Below, one piece after another: positions 27,496 through 35,347 of a stretch of 64,000 nt of DNA. Position 1 is the stretch's first letter, and each line of letters begins with the position of its first letter. Under the pieces are notes generated by a model, which searched no databases, was not told where the DNA came from, and saw nothing but the letters and a program-made list of their open reading frames with translations. A program made the position numbers and the translations under genes. The DNA is from Devosia sp. GTDB taxonomy: Bacteria > Pseudomonadota > Alphaproteobacteria > Rhizobiales > Devosiaceae. The stretch is taken from contig NZ_CP075529.1 of the NCBI RefSeq assembly GCF_025809055.1, positions 349,011-413,010 on the forward strand. Direction: 5' to 3'.

Positions 27496-29517
27496 CTAAA
27501 CCGAACGCGGGATGAACAGGTGTTCCACCCCGATCCCCTTCGGAACATATTTGCCCCGATGCAGCCAGAAGGCATTGCCGCAGACATCGCGCGCGAGGTC
27601 CACCAGGGCATGCATCATCTCCGCGTTGCGCGATGTCATCTCCACCCAGACAAATCCGCGGCCGGTGGCCGGATGGCGGGTAAAGCGCACGCCGACGCCC
27701 TGACCAGGCGGCAGCCGCATGCCCGGAAAAGCCTGGCGCAACCCGGCTATGAATCGTGCCGCACAGGTATCGGGCACGCAGATTTCCATGTTGCGCATAC
27801 GCCGCCGCCCATTGCGAAACACCCGGCCGACCAGTTGCTTGGCCGGCATCCCGGTCCATGGGGCCAGCACCCGCTCGGACCAGCCGACGATCCGCAGGCG
27901 CCCGCGTAGTCTTAGGGTGAGCAGCAGCTTCTGGATGGCGGCCGGCGACCCCCGCAGGGGCGCGAAGGGCCCGCGATCCTTGGGCTGATCCTCGCGGGCG
28001 GGGTTGATGTTATAGACCATCAATTCCCGGCTGCGCGGAAACCAGTGCACGGTGGTGCTGTGATTGACGCGATAGCCACCAGCCACAAAGGACTCGAGTT
28101 CGCTGTCCGGGCGCCATTCGATGACATTGGCCAGCCTGTAGTTCGGACAGCACTGGAAGGTGACTTCCGTTACCACGATGCCATTGCCCTCGCGCATCCT
28201 GTCCCAGGCGACATCATCGCGGGTGGCCACCTTCTCCTCGCCATCGCCGTCGACATAGCGAATGGCGGTGATCAGGTCATAGACCGAGACAAAGTCGGAA
28301 CTGCTCCCATGCACTTCCGCGAAGAAGCAGGCGCCCGCCGAGATATCGACGAATTCCGGCAAGGTCCCCAGCGTCATCCCATATGGCCCGAGATAGGCGA
28401 GGATCGCCCGCAGCGTCGTGCCGGCGCGCACGGTGAGCCTGTCGCCATCGAGGCTGACAATGCCCGCATAGTGCTCCATGACCAATTGATCAGAGGTCAG
28501 CCGGTCGTTGAACCACAGAAAATAGCCCCGCCCGATGGCATGGTAGGGCCGGCTGCCGCGAACGGTCTCCTGTATCACCGCCAGCGAATGGGCATGAATG
28601 GTCCGCGACGGCGCCTCGAAGAAATCTGCAAGTGTCCGACCGGTGGTAACCCCGCTGAGGCGGCGGACCTTTTCGCTGGCCACCGTCACGTCATGAGACA
28701 GAAACCACAGGGTCGAGGGAATGGCCTTGCCGGCCAGGCCGGCCAGCCAGTCCGGCGCAAAGAAGATCGGTCTCTTGGCCAGCCCGGCGGCATGGCGGAA
28801 ATAGTCGTCCGATGACACATCCAGGTCGCCCAGGTTGACCACGTCATTGACCACGCCGCGCTCGATCAGCGCGAGCAGTTGCTGGGCGAGATCCTCCACA
28901 TGGATCAGGTTGATGGTGCGCTTGCGCAGCCCCAGCGGCGCCATGCGCATCGCCGCCACGATCCCGCTCGACCACTGCATATTGGGGCCCATCACCACGG
29001 TGGGCCGCACGATGAGATAGGCGATATTCTTGGCCCTGCAGGCCGCGATAACCCGCGCTTCCTCGTCGAGCTTGAGCCTTGTGTAATTGTCGAGCCCCGG
29101 GCGCGCCGCGAGCGTTGCATCTTCGTCCTGGATCGGGTGTTCGCGGGCGTCGAGCGCCGCATAGACCACCTGTGAGCTGAAATAGACAAACAGCCGGCAG
29201 TTGCCAGTGCCGATCAGGTCCAGTAACCGCTCGGTCACGCGATTGTTGGCGGCAATGAAGTCGCGGGATTTGGCCTTGGTATTGAGTGCGGCGTGGACCA
29301 CGACATCCGCCTGGCCGACGGCCTCTGCAAGCCCGGCCTCATCCTCGAACCGCACAGCCACGCCGGAATCCCCGAACTTCTGCGGCAGGGTGCGATAGAC
29401 GGGGGTGACGGCGTGTTTGGTGGAAAAGGTCGTCAGCAATTGCCGGCCTATTCCACCACCCGCGCCCACCAGGCAAATCTTCAATACGCTGTCCCTTCTG
29501 GTCTGTCGGCGGCGCAT
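27496..29517 (-). CDS. Fusion protein: N-terminal extended-SDR (NAD-dependent epimerase/dehydratase-like) domain plus C-terminal FAD-linked oxidase (GULO/ALO/DprE1-like) domain
   Basis: N-terminus: ICLVGAGGGIGRQLL (Rossmann GxxGxxG) and YxxxK-like YTRLK. C-terminal half: VRAGTTLRAILAYLGPYGMTLGTLPEFVDISAGACFFAEVHGSS (PCMH FAD-binding pattern) and C-terminal WLHRGKY (ALO-type HWGK-like). A single uninterrupted 673-codon frame. Confidence 0.6.
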   Translation of the reverse strand: MRRRQTRRDSVLKICLVGAGGGIGRQLLTTFSTKHAVTPVYRTLPQKFGDSGVAVRFEDEAGLAEAVGQADVVVHAALNTKAKSRDFIAANNRVTERLLDLIGTGNCRLFVYFSSQVVYAALDAREHPIQDEDATLAARPGLDNYTRLKLDEEARVIAACRAKNIAYLIVRPTVVMGPNMQWSSGIVAAMRMAPLGLRKRTINLIHVEDLAQQLLALIERGVVNDVVNLGDLDVSSDDYFRHAAGLAKRPIFFAPDWLAGLAGKAIPSTLWFLSHDVTVASEKVRRLSGVTTGRTLADFFEAPSRTIHAHSLAVIQETVRGSRPYHAIGRGYFLWFNDRLTSDQLVMEHYAGIVSLDGDRLTVRAGTTLRAILAYLGPYGMTLGTLPEFVDISAGACFFAEVHGSSSDFVSVYDLITAIRYVDGDGEEKVATRDDVAWDRMREGNGIVVTEVTFQCCPNYRLANVIEWRPDSELESFVAGGYRVNHSTTVHWFPRSRELMVYNINPAREDQPKDRGPFAPLRGSPAAIQKLLLTLRLRGRLRIVGWSERVLAPWTGMPAKQLVGRVFRNGRRRMRNMEICVPDTCAARFIAGLRQAFPGMRLPPGQGVGVRFTRHPATGRGFVWVEMTSRNAEMMHALVDLARDVCGNAFWLHRGKYVPKGIGVEHLFIPRSV

Positions 29518-29544
29518 TCCTTGGCCGCAATCGGCAATGCCGGC

Positions 29545-30834
29545 TTAACCGATCACTGGCGACCGGCGCGATCCGGCCTTTGCCCCGTCAATGGTCGCCT
29601 CGATGAAGTTGACCGCGGTTTCCAGCCCTTTCTCCTCCGAGAGAGCCTTGCCCACGGAAAGCGCGTTGGCGGCCATGGCCTTGTCCGTCGTCAGTTCACG
29701 CAGGGCCTGGGCCAGTTTCTCGGGCGTCAACGTCCGCAGCCGGGCCGGTTTCGGCCCGCAGCCAAGCGCGCGCACGCGGCGGCCCCAATAGCGCTGGTCA
29801 TAGGCCTGGGGCAGGGTAAAGGTCGGCTTGCCCGCCCGCAGGCCGGCAGCGGTCGTGCCGGCGCCGCCATGGTGCACCACCGCGGCGCAGAGCGGAAACA
29901 GCCGGTCATGCGGCGCCTCGGAAACGGCGTGAACCGTATCCGGCAGGTCGTCGGCATTGATACCGCCCCAGCCGCGCGACACGATGGCTCTTCCGCCCCA
30001 TTGCAGGATGGCGTTGCGCAACAGTTCAGTGTTGCGCTCCGCCCCGAACGGCATGGACCCAAAGCCGATATAGACCGGCGGCGGGCCGGCATCGAGAAAG
30101 CGCTGCAGGTCCGGATCAGGCTTCCAGTCCCTGTTGTCGTCGAGGAACCAGAACCCGGTGACCACTGCCGTCTGCGGCCAGTCGCGCGGGCGCGGCGAGA
30201 CGATGGACGAGAAATTGTAGAGGGTCGGCAGGTTGTTGCCGTAGCTGTCCTTGAACAGCCCACCACGCCGCCGCGGCCCAAGTCCCATGACCTGCTTGCG
30301 GACCCGGTCGCGCGGCAGGTCGTAATAGGCCTGCTGGATGTTCATGGCGATATAGCTGAGCTTGTTGAACGTGGGCCCCAGGTCCGGCACCTCATAGGCG
30401 CAGATCGGAAATTCCCGCGTCGGATTGAGCGGCTGCATCGCGGTCATGATCACCGGGATGTTCAGCGCCTCGGCGACGTCGATACCAAAGCTGGTATTGA
30501 TATTGACGATCATGGCGTCGGCGCCCTGCGCCATGGCCCATGAATTGCGTGCGGCGCGTTCCACCAGCGCCTGTCCTTCCCGCAGCAATTGCGGAAAGTG
30601 GTGCAGCTTCATCTTGCTGATCGCGTTATCGAATCGCGATTCCTGCAGCCAGTCCTGGATATTGGTGCCCAGGTCGTGGAACTCGATTCCATGGGACAGG
30701 ACCAGATCCTCGAAATCGGCATTGGAGCCAAGGACGACATTATGTCCCTGTTCCTTGAGGGCGACGGCAAGGGCCAGATAGGGCCTGACATCCCCGGCGG
30801 TACCAATGGTGGCGATCGCGACGCGTTTGCTCAT
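29545..30834 (-). CDS. GT1-family UDP-glycosyltransferase (MGT / sterol-glucosyltransferase-like; Glyco_transf_28 N-domain)
   Basis: VAIATIGTAGDVRPYLALAVALKEQGHNV at the N-terminus and the UDPGT-type donor motif AVVHHGGAGTTAAGLRAGKPTFTLPQAYDQ. The ATG at 30834 is preferred over 30921. Confidence 0.75.
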   Translation of the reverse strand: MSKRVAIATIGTAGDVRPYLALAVALKEQGHNVVLGSNADFEDLVLSHGIEFHDLGTNIQDWLQESRFDNAISKMKLHHFPQLLREGQALVERAARNSWAMAQGADAMIVNINTSFGIDVAEALNIPVIMTAMQPLNPTREFPICAYEVPDLGPTFNKLSYIAMNIQQAYYDLPRDRVRKQVMGLGPRRRGGLFKDSYGNNLPTLYNFSSIVSPRPRDWPQTAVVTGFWFLDDNRDWKPDPDLQRFLDAGPPPVYIGFGSMPFGAERNTELLRNAILQWGGRAIVSRGWGGINADDLPDTVHAVSEAPHDRLFPLCAAVVHHGGAGTTAAGLRAGKPTFTLPQAYDQRYWGRRVRALGCGPKPARLRTLTPEKLAQALRELTTDKAMAANALSVGKALSEEKGLETAVNFIEATIDGAKAGSRRSPVIG

Positions 30835-31076
30835 GCACCTATCCGAAACACAACTCTGCGGCTTGAACCGATCCGTACATGTAAAGACTTGATGGCATTT
30901 ACAAGGGACTTCAGAGAACATATTAAGTCTCTGGCCGCGCCTCGACGTGGTACCAGAGTTCTTTTCTCAAGGGCAAGAGACATGCCGTCCCCGTTCGCTT
31001 TTGCAGGGTTTGGAGCTTGGCTCGCCGGCAATATTGCGGCGGCCCCAAACGCATTTGCGGCGGCAAGCGCCCGATA

Positions 31077-31112
31077 GCTCTTCCCAGTGGCCACGAGGTG
31101 GCCGGGAAGAGC
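31077..31112. other. 36-nt near-perfect hairpin in the GT / aminotransferase intergenic region
   Basis: GCTCTTCCCaGTGGCCAC-GAG-GTGGCCgGGGAAGAGC. It starts on the last base of the stop codon of a 31-codon ORF (30982-31077). Confidence 0.5.
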
Positions 31113-31261
31113 CGAATATCGATGTCTCCGTCCGATTTTTCGGGCGCTTAACCCGTCTAAAACCATAATTCCGCGATAATCAGCGCCGATCAGATTGGCG
31201 CGGCGCCGCATTCGGGCGCATCGCGGTCAGGCACGGTCCCAAGGGGACCTTCGAGGAACTC

Positions 31262-32476
31262 ATGAGCGCAGATTTTCACCGCATTCGCCGCCTTCCGCCC
31301 TACGTGTTTGCCCATATCGATCCGATCAAGGCTAAGGCCCGCGCTGAAGGCGTCGACATCATCGACCTCGGCATGGGCAATCCCGATATGCCCACGCCCG
31401 ATCATATCGTGGCCAAGCTCCAGGAAACGGTGAAGGACGGACGCACCCACCGCTATTCCACCTCCCGCGGCATTCCCGGCCTGCGCAAGGCCCAGGCCAG
31501 CTATTATGGCCGCCGTTTCGGCGTAAAGCTCAATCCAGACACCCAGGTCGTCGCGACACTGGGCTCCAAGGAAGGCTTTGCCAACATGGCCTCCGCCATC
31601 ACCGCTCCCGGCGACGTGGTGCTGGTGCCCAATCCGACCTATCCCATTCATTCGTTCGGCTTCATCATGTCCGGCGGTGTTGTCCGCTCGATGCCCGCCG
31701 ATCCCAATGAAGATTTCATGCGCTCGCTCGATCGGGCCGTTCGGCACTCGATTCCCAAGCCGATCGCGCTGGTGCTGAACTATCCGGCCAATCCCACCGC
31801 TTACACCGCCGACCTCGATTTTTACACCGAGGTGGTGCGCTACTGTAAGGCCAACGACATCTTCATCCTCTCGGATCTGGCCTATTCCGAGATCTATTTC
31901 GACGACAACAATCCGCCGCCGTCCGTGCTGCAGGTGCCCGGCGCCATCGACATTTCCGTCGAGTTCACCTCTATGTCGAAGACCTATTCCATGCCCGGCT
32001 GGCGGGTGGGTTTTGCCGTGGGCAACGAACGCCTGATTGCGGCCCTGGCGCGGGTCAAATCCTATCTCGATTATGGCGCCTTTACGCCGATCCAGGTGGC
32101 CGCCGTCGCGGCGCTCAACGGCTCGGACGAGGTTATTGCCGAAGTCCGCCAGGTCTATAAGCACCGCCGCGACGTGATGGTGGAGAGCTTTGGCCGTTCG
32201 GGCTGGACCATTCCGGTGCCGAAAGCCACCATGTTTGCCTGGGCCCCGATCCCCGATCAGTTCGCCCATCTCGGCTCGCTCGAATTCGCCAAGCTCCTGG
32301 TGCAGGAAACCGGCGTCGCCGTGGCGCCGGGAGTGGGGTTCGGCGAATACGGCGATCAGTACATCCGCCTGGCCTTCGTCGAAAACGAACAGCGCATCCG
32401 CCAGGCCGCCCGCAACGTCAAGAAACTGCTCGGCGGCAAATCGGGTCAAGGCAACGTCGTGCCCCTCAAGGCCTGA
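31262..32476 (+). CDS. Class I/II PLP-dependent aminotransferase (AlaC/DapL-like)
   Basis: IRRLPPYVFAHIDPIKAKARAEGVDIIDLGMGNPDMPTP, and a PLP lysine region SMSKTYSMPGWRVGF. Confidence 0.85.
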   Translation: MSADFHRIRRLPPYVFAHIDPIKAKARAEGVDIIDLGMGNPDMPTPDHIVAKLQETVKDGRTHRYSTSRGIPGLRKAQASYYGRRFGVKLNPDTQVVATLGSKEGFANMASAITAPGDVVLVPNPTYPIHSFGFIMSGGVVRSMPADPNEDFMRSLDRAVRHSIPKPIALVLNYPANPTAYTADLDFYTEVVRYCKANDIFILSDLAYSEIYFDDNNPPPSVLQVPGAIDISVEFTSMSKTYSMPGWRVGFAVGNERLIAALARVKSYLDYGAFTPIQVAAVAALNGSDEVIAEVRQVYKHRRDVMVESFGRSGWTIPVPKATMFAWAPIPDQFAHLGSLEFAKLLVQETGVAVAPGVGFGEYGDQYIRLAFVENEQRIRQAARNVKKLLGGKSGQGNVVPLKA

Positions 32477-32528
32477 ACTGCCTCGCCGGTCCTTTTCGAA
32501 GCACGCGACTTTGCCGAGGGGCAAGAAT

Positions 32529-32974
32529 GTCTCCGGCGCATCTCACCTGAACGGTGCTGCCCTCGGACGTGATCCGAGGGCCTCCTGCCTCCCAATAGTG
32601 AGCCTCGGCGTGAACTCGGTGTGGTCAACGCGTCTAGCCCGGGGACAAAGCAGCGTGCCCGCCTTCCAGCCCCACTTCGCCCTCCCATTTGTGGGGAGGG
32701 TAGTGCAGTTCGGCAGCAGGCCGTAGCGGAAGTAGGGCATTTCAACTGTGCACGGAACCACCGGTTCCATCGCCCCCTTGCCCCTCAGGGGAGAGGGCTG
32801 GGGTGAGGGGTGAAAGCCTCTCGGTAAGAACCGCGTGTGTCCCCGCACATCTCGCTTGATACGGCGCTGCCCTCGGACCCGATCCGAGGGCCTGTTGCCT
32901 CCCAGTAGGGAGCCTTGGCATGTATCCAGCCCCCTTCTCCCTCCCCGTTGTCGGAACTAGGGTGGGGGAATATT
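32529..32974. repeat. Mosaic repeat region: two copies of a 140-180-bp module (32529-32708 and 32838-32974) separated by a family B unit (32770-32817)
   Basis: Both modules contain the 9-bp-stem hairpin GCCCTCGGA-N5-TCCGAGGGC (32559-32581 and 32869-32891) and a CCCTCCC/GGGAGGG-type hairpin. Copy 1 carries an insertion of about 45 nt. Confidence 0.75.
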
Positions 32975-33095
32975 ACGCAAGAATCTTCAGTCAAACGCCA
33001 ATCCAGGCGCCGCCCTCTGAACCTCCCACCAAATTATACATGACATTTGAAATCAGCTTTTGTATGGAGAACCATCTCCAAGCAAAGGGTGATCC

Positions 33096-34070
33096 ATGTC
33101 GCTCCGTACAATACTGCTCGCCGCTGCCCTGAGCCTCGGCACCGTCGCCGGCGCCTTCGCGCAGGCTTTCCCCGTCACCATCACCCACGCCCATGGCGAG
33201 ACCGTCATCCCGGCCGAACCCCAGCGCATTGTCACCTGGGGCTGGAGCAACGAAGATGCTGTCATCGCGCTGGGCAAGATCCCCGTTGGCATGCCATTCC
33301 AGTCTTATGGCGGCGGCGACAACGGCATTCACAAATGGGTCGAAGACGCATTGGAAGCCGCCAATGCCGAGACCCCGACCATCCTTGACGCATCGGGCGA
33401 GCCTCCCATCGAGCAGATCGCCGCGCTGCAGCCGGATCTGATCATCGCCGCATTCTCGGGCATTACCAAGGAACAGTATGAGGTGCTTTCCGGCATTGCC
33501 CCGACCATCGCCTATAGCGACGCACCCTGGTCCGCCTCCTGGCAGGACCTGACCCGCGTCGTTGGCAAGGCGCTGGGCAAGGACGCCGAAGCCGAGCAAC
33601 TGGTTGCCGATACCACCGCCTGGGTCGAGGCCGAATTTGCCAAGTATCCGGCCCTCAAGGACGTCACCTTCGCCAGTGCCAATGACTATGATGGCTCCAT
33701 GGCCGTCTATGCGCCGCTCGACGCGCGCATGAAGTTCCTGACCGACTTCGGCATGACCATGGACCCGAGCGTGGCTGCGCTCTCGCCGGGCGGCGATGCC
33801 TTCTATTATTCGCTGAGCTACGAACTCTTCGACCAGCTCGAGGCCGATATCTTCGTCACCTATTTCGAAGAGCAGGACCTGCTCGACAAGTGGCTCGCCA
33901 CGCCTTCGGCGCAAACCTATCCACCCATCGTCAACGGCGGCTTGGCTGCGCTTGTCGGCACCGAGAATGTCGCATCGGTGTCCCCGCCAAGCATCCTCTC
34001 CCTCCGCTGGGGCGTGCCGGGCTACCTCGAAATCCTCGGCGCCGCCGCCGAGAACGTGGCCGGCAAGTAA
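33096..34070 (+). CDS. Iron-siderophore-type ABC substrate-binding protein (cluster A / FecB-like), orphan copy 1
   Basis: Signal peptide ...AGAFAQA, then FPVTITHAHGETVIPAEPQRIVTWGW and QPDLIIAAFSGITKEQYEVLSGIAPTIAY. Confidence 0.8.
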   Translation: MSLRTILLAAALSLGTVAGAFAQAFPVTITHAHGETVIPAEPQRIVTWGWSNEDAVIALGKIPVGMPFQSYGGGDNGIHKWVEDALEAANAETPTILDASGEPPIEQIAALQPDLIIAAFSGITKEQYEVLSGIAPTIAYSDAPWSASWQDLTRVVGKALGKDAEAEQLVADTTAWVEAEFAKYPALKDVTFASANDYDGSMAVYAPLDARMKFLTDFGMTMDPSVAALSPGGDAFYYSLSYELFDQLEADIFVTYFEEQDLLDKWLATPSAQTYPPIVNGGLAALVGTENVASVSPPSILSLRWGVPGYLEILGAAAENVAGK

Positions 34071-34090
34071 GAGGGCAGGGGGCTGGAATC

Positions 34091-35077
34091 ATGAGGAACC
34101 TGTTTTCCCGCGTGTTGGCGATTTTGGCCGTGTCAGTCCTTGGGGCCCCGGCCATCGCCGCCGACACGTTCCCCGTCACTATCGAGCATGCACTGGGCAC
34201 CACCACCATTGAGGCCAAGCCCGAGCGGGTGGTCACCTGGGGCTGGTCGGCGCAGGATGTGGTGATCGATCTGGGCATCGCGCCCGTAGGCATGCCGTTC
34301 TTCGCCTATGGCGGCGGTGACGATGGCGTGCTGCCCTGGACCGAAGCCGCGATCGCCGAGCGTGGCTTTTCCATGCCAACAGTTCTGCCCAATGTGACGG
34401 AGCCGCCGCTCGAGGCCATTGCGGCACTCGCACCGGACGTGATTATCGCGCCCTATTCCGGCCTGACGCCGGAAGAGTACGAGGTGCTGAGCAATATCGC
34501 ACCGGTGGTCGCCTATCCCGGCAAGGCGTGGTTCGCGTCCTGGCAGGATGTAGTGACCCTGACCGGCGCTGCACTTGGTTTGTCCGAAGAGGCCGCGGGC
34601 CTGATCGCGCAAACCGAGGGTGAGCTCAAGGCCGAGGTCGCCAAGTATCCGGAGGCAGAAGGCGCGGTCTTCGCCAATATCGTCAACCGCAGCGATGGCC
34701 AGGTTGCCGTCCGTCTGGCAGGCGATCCACGCGTGCAGTTGTTTGCCGATGTCGGGCTTGTGCCCGCCCCGGTGCCGGACAACATCACGCCCAACGATAC
34801 CGGCATTTCCTATTTCGTCTCCTATGAGAATTTCGACCGCATTCCCGCCGATCTGCTGGTCAGCTTCTTCAACGACCAGAAGTCTGCGGACGACTTTTTC
34901 GGCCTCGATCTCATCGGTCTGTCGCCACTCGTGGCCAAGGGTGCCTATACCAATCTGGTGGGCGAGGAACTGACCATGGCCGTCAGCGGCGCCGTCACGC
35001 CGGTCTCGCTGCGCTGGGGCTTCCCGCGGGTCATGGCCGAGGTCGGCCGTGCCGCGGCGGCCGCCAAAGCCAATTAG
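34091..35077 (+). CDS. Iron-siderophore-type ABC substrate-binding protein, orphan copy 2 (paralog of 33096..34070)
   Basis: Signal peptide ...APAIAAD, then FPVTIEHALGTTTIEAKPERVVTWGW. Colinear similarity to copy 1 along the whole length. Confidence 0.8.
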   Translation: MRNLFSRVLAILAVSVLGAPAIAADTFPVTIEHALGTTTIEAKPERVVTWGWSAQDVVIDLGIAPVGMPFFAYGGGDDGVLPWTEAAIAERGFSMPTVLPNVTEPPLEAIAALAPDVIIAPYSGLTPEEYEVLSNIAPVVAYPGKAWFASWQDVVTLTGAALGLSEEAAGLIAQTEGELKAEVAKYPEAEGAVFANIVNRSDGQVAVRLAGDPRVQLFADVGLVPAPVPDNITPNDTGISYFVSYENFDRIPADLLVSFFNDQKSADDFFGLDLIGLSPLVAKGAYTNLVGEELTMAVSGAVTPVSLRWGFPRVMAEVGRAAAAAKAN

Positions 35078-35347
35078 GCAAGACCGAACAGGCAAGAACG
35101 GGGCCGCGCAGCGCGGCCCCAATTCCTCTCAAAACTCCTATTGACGGCTAGGCGAAATCCTATGCACATGTCGCCCACCATGAGCGATATCCAGTCTTTC
35201 CGCCAATCCGTCGAATCCTTCATCTCCGCGCGCGGCTGGACGCCCACCCGCTTCGGCCGCATTGTGGCTGGCGATCCGCTCTTCGTGTTCGATCTGCGCG
35301 ATGGGCGCGAACCGCGAACGGAAACGCGCAGCCGCATTCTCAAGGCC

